DNA of 64,000 nt. Origin: an uncultured Bacteroidales bacterium. GTDB taxonomy: Bacteria > Bacteroidota > Bacteroidia > Bacteroidales > UBA932. Where the stretch lies: NCBI GenBank assembly GCA_905235995.1, contig CAJONI010000052.1, forward strand, positions 6,107-70,106. Direction: 5' to 3'. The position numbers and the translations under genes are program-made. How positions within the stretch are numbered: the first letter of the stretch is position 1; the number at the start of each line of letters is the position of its first letter. The notes under the pieces were generated by a model, which was given only the letters and a program-made list of their open reading frames with translations, searched no databases and was not told the origin of the DNA. This document shows, one piece after another, positions 18,646 through 28,281 of the stretch.

Positions 18646-20574
18646 ATGAAAAAAGCATTGCTTTTCCTGGCAGTATTGCTGCCGACACTCGCCGCGGCCC
18701 AGTTCCCGGTCATATTGCATTCCCACAACGACTATGAGCGCACGGCCCCCTTCTGGGAGGCCTACTCGCAGCACTGCACCTCTATCGAGGCCGACGTGTT
18801 CCTGGTGGACGGCCAGCTGCTAGTGGGCCACGACAGGCGTGACCTCCGGCCCGAACGCAGTTTCGAGGCCATGTATGTCAAGCCTATCGTACAGATGTTC
18901 CGCGCCAACGGCGGCCGTGCCTGGAAACGTAGCGACGCCCGCCTGCAGCTGATGGTGGAGCTCAAGAGCGACACGGAGCCCGAGCTCTCCGCCGTGATAG
19001 CGCTGCTTCAGCAGTATCCCGACGTGTTCTGCAGCGACAACGGGGTGAAGGTAGTCATCACGGGTAACACGCCGGACAAGGCACAGTTCGCCGACTATCC
19101 CGCATTCGTGAGTTTCGACGGCGACCTGCGCGAGGACTACACTCCCGAGCAACTCGCCCGCATCGGCCTGTTCAGCAACAATTTCCGCCTCTACTCCGCA
19201 CACTGGAACGGCAAGGGACGCATGATGGTGCCCGAGCTCGATGCAGTTGAGAAAGCCATAGCCAGGGCCCACGCCGCCGGAAAGCCAATACGCTTCTGGA
19301 ACAGTCCCGAGAGCGTTACGACCTATTTCACTTTCTGGAAACTCGGCGTCGACATCATCAACACTGACCATCCGGCAGCCGCGGCACAGTTCTTCGAGAA
19401 CTGGGGCAACAAGAACTTCATCATGGGCGAGCACGCCACCGCTTCCGGGGTGACAGGCACCAGGCGCCTCGACCGCGCGACCCGCGACTTCTCCGGCTTC
19501 CAGAACGAGAAGATGAAGATTTCCAAGCCCATAGAGACTTACACCCCGAGCTACCGCAGCGACAACGCCTCGCCGAAGAAGATCAGGAACGTGATCTTCC
19601 TCATCGGCGACGGCATGGGCTTCAACCACGTGATGGCTGCGGCCTACGCCAACGGCCTCGAACTTTCCATGCTCAAGATGAAGGCCACCGGCATACAGGT
19701 CTACAATCCTCAGGACGACTTCATCGGCGACTCGGCAGGCGGCGGAAGCAGCCTTGCCACGGGCGAACCCTCATGGACCCGCCACATCTCCTCCAACTGG
19801 GACGGCTCCGAGCCGATACCCTCGATGACCGACCTCTTCGGCTCGATGGGCAAGTCGACCGGTGTGCTGACCCTCGGCGACGTGGCCGACGCCACTCCGG
19901 CAGCCTACTTCGCACATTGCTCCGAGCGTGACAGCCTCGAACACATCACTTCCTACTGGCTGACTTCCAAGGTCGACCTGATCTGCGGCAGCGGCCGCGA
20001 CTACGTGGAAGGCCGCCGCTCCGACGGCATCGACATGCTCAAGGGTGTCAAGGACAATGGCTACAGCTATATCACTGACGTCAAGGGGATAGACTCCACC
20101 CCTGGCAAGGTGCTCTGCATCGACGACAAGCTCGGCCGCTCGGCCGAGGAAGCCAACCTCGACCTGCTGGCCGAAGCCACCCGCCGCTCCATAGCCATGC
20201 TGCAGAAACGCTCCGACAAGGGCTTCTTCCTCATGGTGGAAGGAGCCAAGATCGACTACGCCGGCCACGCCAAGACCGTCCCTGCGGCTATCATCGAGAC
20301 CTTCAGCTTCGACCTGGCGGTGGCTGAGGCCATGCGCTTCGCCGACGCCGACGGCCAGACCCTCGTCATCGTGACCGCCGACCACGAGACCGGCGGCCTG
20401 ACCCTGCTCGACGGCGACCTTTCGACCGGACACGTGCTGGCGACCTTCGTCTCCGACGACCACACCCCTTCGGTGGTGCCCGTCTTCGCCTACGGCCCCG
20501 GCTCCTACGCCTTCTGCGGCACCTACCGCAACTACGAACTGACCCGCATACTCAAGAGCCTCGTGACAAAATGA
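18646..20574 (+). CDS. Fusion: PLC/GDPD-like phosphodiesterase domain plus alkaline phosphatase
   Basis: N half has HSHNDY, SIEADV, ELKS, RFW and GVDIINTD. C half has IFLIGDGMG, DSA (Ser nucleophile), DATPA, MVEGAKIDYAGH and TADHETGG. Confidence 0.85.
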   Translation: MKKALLFLAVLLPTLAAAQFPVILHSHNDYERTAPFWEAYSQHCTSIEADVFLVDGQLLVGHDRRDLRPERSFEAMYVKPIVQMFRANGGRAWKRSDARLQLMVELKSDTEPELSAVIALLQQYPDVFCSDNGVKVVITGNTPDKAQFADYPAFVSFDGDLREDYTPEQLARIGLFSNNFRLYSAHWNGKGRMMVPELDAVEKAIARAHAAGKPIRFWNSPESVTTYFTFWKLGVDIINTDHPAAAAQFFENWGNKNFIMGEHATASGVTGTRRLDRATRDFSGFQNEKMKISKPIETYTPSYRSDNASPKKIRNVIFLIGDGMGFNHVMAAAYANGLELSMLKMKATGIQVYNPQDDFIGDSAGGGSSLATGEPSWTRHISSNWDGSEPIPSMTDLFGSMGKSTGVLTLGDVADATPAAYFAHCSERDSLEHITSYWLTSKVDLICGSGRDYVEGRRSDGIDMLKGVKDNGYSYITDVKGIDSTPGKVLCIDDKLGRSAEEANLDLLAEATRRSIAMLQKRSDKGFFLMVEGAKIDYAGHAKTVPAAIIETFSFDLAVAEAMRFADADGQTLVIVTADHETGGLTLLDGDLSTGHVLATFVSDDHTPSVVPVFAYGPGSYAFCGTYRNYELTRILKSLVTK

Positions 20575-22181
20575 AAATTCTCCGCCTTGCCGCAACTGCG
20601 GTTCTGACGCTGCTTTCCGCAGGACTGCTTCAGGCCCAGGGCCTGACGAGCGGCCCCTATGAGCTGCCCTACAAGAACACTTACGTGAAGAACCTCTTCG
20701 TGTCCGAGAATCCATACCGGACCATGAAGATGGAGACTCTCAAGCCGAAGAGCTTCGCCGAGGCAAAGAAGATTCTCCCCGCGCCCTTCTGGGAGGGGCA
20801 TGAGAAGGAAGTGGAGATGTACTGGCACGCCTGGCAGATAGCCGTGGGCAACATACGCCAGCCGCAGGAAGGTTCGGGCTTCGTGAGCCCTTTTCTCGAC
20901 GTGGCCTACAACGGCAACATCTTCATGTGGGACGATTCCTTCATGATGCTCTTCGCCCGCTACGGCTACCGCTTTTTCCCCTTCCAGCGAACTCTCGACA
21001 ACTTCTACGCGAAGCAGCACCAGGACGGCTTCATCTGCCGCGAGATCCGCTCCGACGGCAGCGACTGCTTCGAGCGCTACGACCCCACGTCCACGGGGCC
21101 GAACCTTCTTCCCTGGGCCGAACTCCTGTACTACAAGCAGTTCGGCGACATCGACCGCCTGCACCGCGTGTTTCCGGCCCTGGTGGCCTATGCACAGTGG
21201 TGGAAGCTCAACCGCACCTGGAAGGACGGCACCTACTGGAGCTCCGGGTGGGGGACAGGCATGGACAACCTGCCGCGCGTGGAGGAAGGCTACAACCAGA
21301 TCTTCTCCAACGGACACATGACCTGGCTCGACACCAACCTCCAGCAGTATCTCGTCAACGACTGCCTGATGCAGATAGGCTTCTACATCGAGCGCTGGCA
21401 GGAGATCGAGGAGATGGAAGACGAGATGAAGTTCCTCAAGGCCTGGATCAACGACAACATGTGGGACCCTGACACGCGCTTCCTATACGACGTCTACGCC
21501 GACGGCTCGCGCTCCAAGGTGAAGGGAATCTCGGCTTTCTGGGCACTCCAGACCGACGTGCTCGAGGGCGAGAGGCTGGACGCGCTGGTGGAGCACCTGC
21601 GCGACACCGCGGAGTTCAACCGCCCGCACCGCGTGCCCTCGCTGAGCGCCGACCATAAGAAATACAATCCCAACGGACGCTACTGGCAGGGCGGAATCTG
21701 GCCCGGAGCCAACTACATGGTGATTGACGGCCTGTGGAAGAGGGGGTACCGCGAGCTCTGCCGCGAGGTGGCCGACAACCACTTCGGCGGGGTGTTCCAG
21801 GTGTGGAAAGACACCGGCACCTTCTGGGAATACTACGCGCCGGAGCGCATCGAGCCCGGCTTCATGGCCCGCAGGGACTTCGTGGGCTGGGCGGGACTGC
21901 CGCCCATCGCGGAGTTCATCGAATGCATCCTGGGCATACGTTCCGACTTCGCCGGGGGCAAGGTGGAGTGGGACCTCCGGCAGACCGAGGCCCACGGCAT
22001 TGAGCGCTATCCATTCGGTCCGGAGGGAGTGCTGGGACTCAAGGTCGCCAGGCGCGCCTCTGCGGAAGCGAAGCCCGAGATCACAGTGACCACCAACGTC
22101 CCCTTCGACCTTACGGTCCTCTGGGGTGACGGCCAGAGCGCCACGGTGCACGTTGACAAGAGTGGAAAGATCAAACTTTAA
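20571..22181 (+). CDS. GH63/MGH1-like (alpha/alpha)6 glycoside hydrolase
   Basis: FMWDDSF, PNLLPWAE, GMDNLPR, YWQGGIW, FWEYYAPE and a signal peptide. Overlaps the previous stop (ATGA). Confidence 0.75.
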   Translation: MKILRLAATAVLTLLSAGLLQAQGLTSGPYELPYKNTYVKNLFVSENPYRTMKMETLKPKSFAEAKKILPAPFWEGHEKEVEMYWHAWQIAVGNIRQPQEGSGFVSPFLDVAYNGNIFMWDDSFMMLFARYGYRFFPFQRTLDNFYAKQHQDGFICREIRSDGSDCFERYDPTSTGPNLLPWAELLYYKQFGDIDRLHRVFPALVAYAQWWKLNRTWKDGTYWSSGWGTGMDNLPRVEEGYNQIFSNGHMTWLDTNLQQYLVNDCLMQIGFYIERWQEIEEMEDEMKFLKAWINDNMWDPDTRFLYDVYADGSRSKVKGISAFWALQTDVLEGERLDALVEHLRDTAEFNRPHRVPSLSADHKKYNPNGRYWQGGIWPGANYMVIDGLWKRGYRELCREVADNHFGGVFQVWKDTGTFWEYYAPERIEPGFMARRDFVGWAGLPPIAEFIECILGIRSDFAGGKVEWDLRQTEAHGIERYPFGPEGVLGLKVARRASAEAKPEITVTTNVPFDLTVLWGDGQSATVHVDKSGKIKL

Positions 22182-22192
22182 AATAGCATGAT

Positions 22193-23044
22193 ATGAAGAA
22201 ACTGTTCCTTATTCCCCTGGCTCTTTGCCTGGCAGCCCTGACGCTGCTGCCTGCGGGCTGCAAGGCCCAGAAAGATGAGCCGCTCAAGGTAATGTCGTAC
22301 AACATCCGCTACGGAACCGCCGACGACGGCGACTTCGTGTGGGAAAACCGCCGCGAAGCCGCGGCCGCCATGGTCCAGGACCAGCGCCCGGCCGTGTTCG
22401 GCGTGCAGGAAGCCCTTGACTTCCAGCTCACTTACCTCGAGGAGAACTGCCCCGGCTACAAGTACGTCGGCGTAGGCCGCGAGGACGGCGTGCACGACGG
22501 CGAGCACATGGCCGTGTTCTACGACACGGAGCGCGTGGAACTCGAGGACTGGGGAACCTATTGGCTCTCCGAGACGCCCGATGTGCCTTCTTTCGGTTGG
22601 GATGCCGCCTGCAAGCGTACCGCCACCTGGACGCTCATGCATGACAAGAAGACCGACAGGCACTTCTATTTCGTGAACACCCATCTCGACCATGTAGGCC
22701 GTGAGGCCCGCCGCAATGGCCTGGCACTCGTAGTCGACCGTATCGCCGCCATGAATCCCGATGGCTACCCGATGGTGCTCTGCGGCGACTTCAACGTCAC
22801 TCCCGACAACCCCTGCCTCAACGACCTCCGCGGAATGATGCAGGATGCCCGTGAAACGGCTCCCGTGACCGACTACCAGGTGACCTGGCACGACTGGGGC
22901 AAGGTGAAGGGCACAAAGCCCATCGACTTCATCTTCTACAGCGGCTTCTCCGGCTGCAGCGAGTTCGCCCGCGTGACCCAGCCCTACCTTGGCTGCCCCT
23001 ATGTCTCCGACCACTATCCCGTGACCGCCATCCTGCAATATTAA
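22193..23044 (+). CDS. Endonuclease/exonuclease/phosphatase (EEP) family lipoprotein
   Basis: SYNIR, GVQE, NTHLDH, GDFN, IDFIF and SDHYPV. Confidence 0.9.
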   Translation: MKKLFLIPLALCLAALTLLPAGCKAQKDEPLKVMSYNIRYGTADDGDFVWENRREAAAAMVQDQRPAVFGVQEALDFQLTYLEENCPGYKYVGVGREDGVHDGEHMAVFYDTERVELEDWGTYWLSETPDVPSFGWDAACKRTATWTLMHDKKTDRHFYFVNTHLDHVGREARRNGLALVVDRIAAMNPDGYPMVLCGDFNVTPDNPCLNDLRGMMQDARETAPVTDYQVTWHDWGKVKGTKPIDFIFYSGFSGCSEFARVTQPYLGCPYVSDHYPVTAILQY

Positions 23045-23056
23045 AGTCTTAAAGAT

Positions 23057-23950
23057 ATGAAATTCAGAACATTATTCCTTGCCGCAGCGGCCGGCCTGCT
23101 TATCTTTTCCGGATGCTGCAGCAAGAAGTCACATGAAGTTGAACACGTATTCTACATCGGTCTTGACGGCTGGGGCGCGTACAGCGTGGAGAAGTCCGAG
23201 ATGATCCACGCCAAGCAGATGATGGCCAAGGGCGCCTATACCCTCAAGAAGCGTACGGTACTGCCTTCTAGCAGCGCCGGCAACTGGGAATCCATGTTCA
23301 CCGGCGTGGGTCCCGAGGTTCACGGCTTCTTCGAGTGCTGCTCTCAGACTCCCGACCTCGAGCCCCGTCTGATCCATCGCAACGGACTGTTTCCCAATAT
23401 TTTCCAGCTGCTGCGCGATAAGGAACCCGACGCCGAGACCGGCGTGATCCACCAGTGGAGCGGCATCAAGTACCTGGTCGACACGCTCTCTCTGAGCTAT
23501 CACGCCCATGTGCCTCAGTACGAGCTCTGCGAGGTCGCATGCAACTATATCAAGGAAAAGAAACCCCGCCTGGCAGCTATCATCTGGGACGAACCCGACG
23601 GTGTCGGCCATGGAGCAGGACATGACACACCTGCCTACTACGAGAAGATCAAGGAACTTGACGCCTGGGTCGGCGAAGTTCTGAAGGCCATAGACGAGGC
23701 CGGAATCCTCGACAAATCCGTCATCATCCTGACCTCCGACCACGGCGGAATAGACCATGGCCATGGCGGACGCACGATGATGGAGATGGAGACCCCGCTC
23801 ATCATCACGGGCAAGGGCATAAAGAAAGGCTACTGCTTCGACGACCTGAGTGTCATGCAGTATGACGTCGCTGCCATCATGGCCGACCTCCTCGGCGTCG
23901 AACCGCACCGCGCCTGGTTCGGCCGTACTATCCCCGAAATCTTTGAATAG
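23057..23950 (+). CDS. Type I phosphodiesterase / nucleotide pyrophosphatase (AP superfamily) lipoprotein
   Basis: IGLDGWG, PSSSAGNW..MFTG, PDGVGH and TSDHGG..HGG. Lipobox FSGC. Confidence 0.85.
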   Translation: MKFRTLFLAAAAGLLIFSGCCSKKSHEVEHVFYIGLDGWGAYSVEKSEMIHAKQMMAKGAYTLKKRTVLPSSSAGNWESMFTGVGPEVHGFFECCSQTPDLEPRLIHRNGLFPNIFQLLRDKEPDAETGVIHQWSGIKYLVDTLSLSYHAHVPQYELCEVACNYIKEKKPRLAAIIWDEPDGVGHGAGHDTPAYYEKIKELDAWVGEVLKAIDEAGILDKSVIILTSDHGGIDHGHGGRTMMEMETPLIITGKGIKKGYCFDDLSVMQYDVAAIMADLLGVEPHRAWFGRTIPEIFE

Positions 23951-23959
23951 ACTCAAGCA

Positions 23960-26539
23960 ATGAAAGCGAAATTCATACTGCTGGCGGCCGTCGCCGCCAT
24001 GCTGACGGCCTGCGTGAGGCAGGCGCCCGTCGAAGTCGGTGTACGCACCGGCTCTCTCAATGGTTCCGCATGGGAGGCTTCCCAGTGGATATCCGTGGTA
24101 GACGCTCCCATAGCGGACGGACCCGCAAAAGAGGTGTACCGCAGCGCCGACGGTGCGAGCTGGTTCGTCGCCGAAGTCACCAATGCAAAGAAAGTGAAGA
24201 AAGCCGTATGGATGGCCACCAGCCTGGGCGTCCACGACATCTTCATCAACGGGAAGCTGATAGGCAAGGAGGTGCTCAAGCCCGGCTTCACCCACTTCGC
24301 CAAGACCAAGCGTTCCTTCACCTACGACATCACCGACGTCTTCAACAGGAAGGCCGGCGCTGTCAACCAGCTGTCCGCGCAGGTGACCCCCGGCTGGTGG
24401 GCCGACAAGATCGTCACCGATGGCGGCATGGAGACCATGCAGGGCAAGAAGTGCGCCTTCCGCGGCGTGCTGGAGCTCACCTATGCCGATGGCAGTACCG
24501 AACTCTTCGGTACCGACACCGAGCACTGGACCGCCGGCATCGCCGGCCCCGTGAAGCATGCCGGCATCTTCGACGGCGAGGAATACGACGCCCGCTGCCT
24601 GCCCGGCTACGCCACTCCGGAACTGCTCAAGACCCCCGAGGTCAACACTGAGTTCGCGGGCGAGATCCTGCCCTCCGAAGGAGCCGAAATCTATCAGCGA
24701 GAGGATCTTACGCTTCTTCCCGTGAAGATTTACGTGTGGGAGGGAGTTACCGGTGCGGTGGAATCGGAGAAGGAAGAGGAAGTGGAGCATGGCACAGTGG
24801 TCGTCAAGCGCAGCTACGCCGACGGCGAAGTGATCGAGCTCAACCCCGGCGAGACGCTGGTGGTCGACTTCGGGCAGAACGCCGCCGCAGTGCCCCAGTT
24901 CTGCTTCAAGGCCGATGAGGGCACCTATCTCATCTGCCATCCCGCCGAGATAGTCAACGACGGCAACGGCGCCGAGAGCCGCGGCATGGACGGCCCCGAG
25001 GGCAGCGCCCACAGGCGCAACCTCCGCGTGGATCCCGACGAGATATGGATGACCTATACCTTCGGCCCTGCCGGAGACTTCGTGGACTACAGGCCCCGCG
25101 CATCCTTCTGGGGTTACCGCTTCATCTCCGTGACCGCGGACGCTCCCGTACAGTTCAGGAGCATTGCCTCGGTTCCCGTGACTTCCATAGCAAAGAACCT
25201 GGAAACCGGCAAGATAGAAACCGGTGATGAATCCATCAACAGGCTGATAGCCAATGCTTATTGGGGACAGCTCTCCAACTATCTCTCCGTGCCTACCGAC
25301 TGCCCGCAGCGCAATGAGCGCCTGGGCTGGACCGCCGACACGCAGGTCTTCACAGAGACCGGAACCTTCTTCGCCAACACCGACGGCTTCTTCCACAAAT
25401 GGATGCGCGACATGCGCGACTCCCAGAGCGAGACCGGCGGCTTCCCTGGCGTGGCCCCGAAGGCACAGTACGGCAACGAGATGATGCGTCTGGGCTGGGC
25501 CGATGCCGGCGTGATCGTGCCCTGGACGGTCTGGAAGCAGTTCGGCGACAAGAGCCTGGTCGACGAGAACTGGGAAGCCATGGAGAAGTTCATGGACCAT
25601 GTGGCCGAGACCAAGTACGACCATGTCGCCCTGAAAGATGAGAACCGCAACTACCAGTGGGCTGACTGGGTGGGCTATGAGCCCCTCGAGAGCTGCAGCG
25701 GCCGCGCTTTCATCGATGCCGCGACCCGCCGCCAGGCCGAGCAGTACTGGTGCTATCTCGGAGCGTCCTACTGGGCCCTCGACGCAGGCATGATGCGTGA
25801 CATGGCGCTCTCCACCGGCCGCGACGCAGCCAAGTACGAGGCCATGCAGCAGGAAGCCCGCGACTATATCCGCACGAAGTTCATGAATCCTGACGGAACC
25901 TTCAAGCTCGCCATACTCAACACCATGCAGACCCCGGCTCTTTTCGCGCTGAAGAACCGCCTGGTCGAGGGCGAGGCGAAGGAGGCCATGTGCGCCCGTC
26001 TCCGCCAGAACTTCGCCGACCACGACGGCTGCCTCCAGACCGGCTTCCTCGGCACGTCCATCCTGATGACGACCCTGACCGAGAACGGCATGGCCGACGT
26101 GGCCTGGGACCTCCTCTTCCAGAGGAAGAACCCCAGCTGGCTCTACTCCGTGGACAACGGCGCCACCACCATCTGGGAGCGCTGGAACAGCTACATGGCC
26201 GACAAGGGCATGGGCCCGAGCGGCATGAACAGCTTCAACCACTACGCATACGGCTGTGTGGGCCAGTGGATCTGGGAATGCGCCGCCGGCATAGCCGCCG
26301 ACACTGCCGATCCCGGCTTCCGCCACATCATCATGAAGCCCGTGCCCGACAAGCGCCTCGGCTACCTGGACGCCTCCTTCCAATCGGCGGCCGGCCTGAT
26401 CAGGAGCTGCTGGAAGTACGACGGCGACGACTGCACCTGGACCTTCACCATCCCTGAAGGCGCGACTGCCACCGTCACCCTGCCGGGTTCCGATGAGCCG
26501 AAAGACTATGAGGCAGGCACTTATACCGTAACCTTATGA
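23960..26539 (+). CDS. GH78 alpha-L-rhamnosidase
   Basis: VDFGQN, PTDCPQRNERLGWTAD, TGFLGT, GATTIWERWN and SFNHYAYG. Lipobox LTAC. Confidence 0.93.
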   Translation: MKAKFILLAAVAAMLTACVRQAPVEVGVRTGSLNGSAWEASQWISVVDAPIADGPAKEVYRSADGASWFVAEVTNAKKVKKAVWMATSLGVHDIFINGKLIGKEVLKPGFTHFAKTKRSFTYDITDVFNRKAGAVNQLSAQVTPGWWADKIVTDGGMETMQGKKCAFRGVLELTYADGSTELFGTDTEHWTAGIAGPVKHAGIFDGEEYDARCLPGYATPELLKTPEVNTEFAGEILPSEGAEIYQREDLTLLPVKIYVWEGVTGAVESEKEEEVEHGTVVVKRSYADGEVIELNPGETLVVDFGQNAAAVPQFCFKADEGTYLICHPAEIVNDGNGAESRGMDGPEGSAHRRNLRVDPDEIWMTYTFGPAGDFVDYRPRASFWGYRFISVTADAPVQFRSIASVPVTSIAKNLETGKIETGDESINRLIANAYWGQLSNYLSVPTDCPQRNERLGWTADTQVFTETGTFFANTDGFFHKWMRDMRDSQSETGGFPGVAPKAQYGNEMMRLGWADAGVIVPWTVWKQFGDKSLVDENWEAMEKFMDHVAETKYDHVALKDENRNYQWADWVGYEPLESCSGRAFIDAATRRQAEQYWCYLGASYWALDAGMMRDMALSTGRDAAKYEAMQQEARDYIRTKFMNPDGTFKLAILNTMQTPALFALKNRLVEGEAKEAMCARLRQNFADHDGCLQTGFLGTSILMTTLTENGMADVAWDLLFQRKNPSWLYSVDNGATTIWERWNSYMADKGMGPSGMNSFNHYAYGCVGQWIWECAAGIAADTADPGFRHIIMKPVPDKRLGYLDASFQSAAGLIRSCWKYDGDDCTWTFTIPEGATATVTLPGSDEPKDYEAGTYTVTL

Positions 26540-28245
26540 GACGTTTCATATTTTTCGCAGCCCTGCTGGCCCTGACTCTGTCCTGCGAGAAGCAGGAAGA
26601 GCGGGTCACCGCCGGTTCGGGCGAGATAGTCAGCGAATACCTGACCCCCACCCGTGTCGTGCTCGCGAGAGGCGCGGTGGAGAACGCGGAGCACCTTACC
26701 GAGCCCTATGCCGGCCAGGTGTCTACCGACGAACCCGGAGTGACGGTCTTTTCCAAAGGCGGCTCGGTACTGCTCGACTTCGGGCGCGAGATACAGGGCG
26801 GCATACAGATAGTCCGTGCCATTGACGGCGACCATAGGGCCGCACGCTTCCGGCTCTGCCTCGGCGAGTCGGTGAGCGAGGCTCTGAGCAGCGTCGAGGC
26901 CAAGGGTTCAACCGCGACCAACGACCACTCGGTCAGGGACTTCGAGATATCGGTTCCCTGGCTGGGCTGCGTTGAGGTGGGCAACAGTGGCTTCCGCTTC
27001 GCCCGCCTCGACCTGCTCGACGCCGGCTGGGAAGTTCCCGTTGTCGCTGTGCGGGCCATCTCGAAATACCGCGACCTGCCGTACCTGGGCTCCTTCCGCT
27101 GCAGCGACCAGCGCCTGACCGATATCTGGAATACCGGTGCCTACACGGTACATCTCTGCATGCAGGAGTACCTCTGGGACGGCATCAAGCGCGACCGCCT
27201 GGTGTGGCTGGGCGACATGCATCCCGAGGTGATGGCCGTCAACACGGTGTTCGGCGACCAGGAGGTCGTCCGCAAGAGCCTCGACTATGTGCGCGCCAAG
27301 ACCCCGCCTACTGAGTGGATGAACGGCATGTGCTCCTATTCTCTCTGGTGGATCATCATCCAGGAACATCTGTACAAATGGTACGGGGACAAGGAATACC
27401 TTGAGGCCCAGCACGCATACCTGAAGGAACTGCTGCACACCGTCATGGGACAGATGGACGGCTGCCGCGAGGCCTTCGAGGAGGGACGTTTCCTCGACTG
27501 GCCTACGAACGACCAGCCTGAAGCCATACATGCCGGCCTGCAGGCCCTCTCGGTGATGGCGCTCGACGCCGGAGCCGGACTCGCCAACGCCCTCGGCGAC
27601 ACGGCGCTTGAGGAGGAATGCTCCCGCGTGGCCGCGGAACTCAGGACCTACGTGCCCGATCCGGCAGGCAGCGGCCAGGCTGCTGCGCTGCTCGCGCTGG
27701 CAGGCCTGCTCGATCCCGCCGAAGCGGCCGGGGTGGTGGAGTGGAACGGCCCCTATGGCTGCACCTCCTTCATGGGCTACTACATGCTCGAGGCCATGGC
27801 CGCCGCGGGCCACTACATAGAAGCCCTGCACCTTATGTCCGACTACTGGGGCGGCATGCTCGACCTCGGTGCCACTACTTTCTGGGAAGACTTCAACTAC
27901 CATGACGGGCAGAACGCTGCCCGCATTGACGAAGTCGTCCCCGAAGGCAAGTTCGACATCCACGCCGACGGCGGGGCCTGGTGCTACGTGGGCCTTCGCC
28001 ACAGCTTCTGCCACGGCTGGGCCTCGGGCCCGACTACCTGGCTCAGCCGCCATGTACTCGGCATCGAGCCCGTGGGCGTGGGCTTCAGCGAAGTGCGCAT
28101 CGAGCCGCAGCTCGGCGACCTCGAATGGGCGGAAGGCAGCTTCCCTACGCCATATGGACTCATAGAGGTTTCGCACCATCGCACGCCCGACGGCAGCATC
28201 ACCTCCGAGATCAAGGTCCCCAAGGGTATCAAACTTGTCAAATAG
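26536..28245 (+). CDS. GH78 alpha-L-rhamnosidase (short form)
   Basis: LDFGREIQG, WDGIKRDRLVWLGD, GATTFWEDF, SFCHGWASGP and PTPYG. Lipoprotein signal. Confidence 0.88.
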   Translation: MRRFIFFAALLALTLSCEKQEERVTAGSGEIVSEYLTPTRVVLARGAVENAEHLTEPYAGQVSTDEPGVTVFSKGGSVLLDFGREIQGGIQIVRAIDGDHRAARFRLCLGESVSEALSSVEAKGSTATNDHSVRDFEISVPWLGCVEVGNSGFRFARLDLLDAGWEVPVVAVRAISKYRDLPYLGSFRCSDQRLTDIWNTGAYTVHLCMQEYLWDGIKRDRLVWLGDMHPEVMAVNTVFGDQEVVRKSLDYVRAKTPPTEWMNGMCSYSLWWIIIQEHLYKWYGDKEYLEAQHAYLKELLHTVMGQMDGCREAFEEGRFLDWPTNDQPEAIHAGLQALSVMALDAGAGLANALGDTALEEECSRVAAELRTYVPDPAGSGQAAALLALAGLLDPAEAAGVVEWNGPYGCTSFMGYYMLEAMAAAGHYIEALHLMSDYWGGMLDLGATTFWEDFNYHDGQNAARIDEVVPEGKFDIHADGGAWCYVGLRHSFCHGWASGPTTWLSRHVLGIEPVGVGFSEVRIEPQLGDLEWAEGSFPTPYGLIEVSHHRTPDGSITSEIKVPKGIKLVK

Positions 28246-28281
28246 CAGTAAATCAATATAATAACCTAAATATTTCCCGAA

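Noticed and set aside
22193..23044. Defence or DNA-repair nuclease
   Set aside because: It has a lipoprotein signal and sits between a GH and a phosphodiesterase, which favours an exported phosphatase. No defence genes are nearby.
23129..26383. 1084-aa minus-strand ORF, and similar long antisense ORFs (4744..6882, 6794..8548, 40662..42596, 42765..44834, 51942..54905)
   Set aside because: They are shadows of well-supported plus-strand genes. GC-rich codon bias depletes antisense stops, and they show no recognisable motifs.
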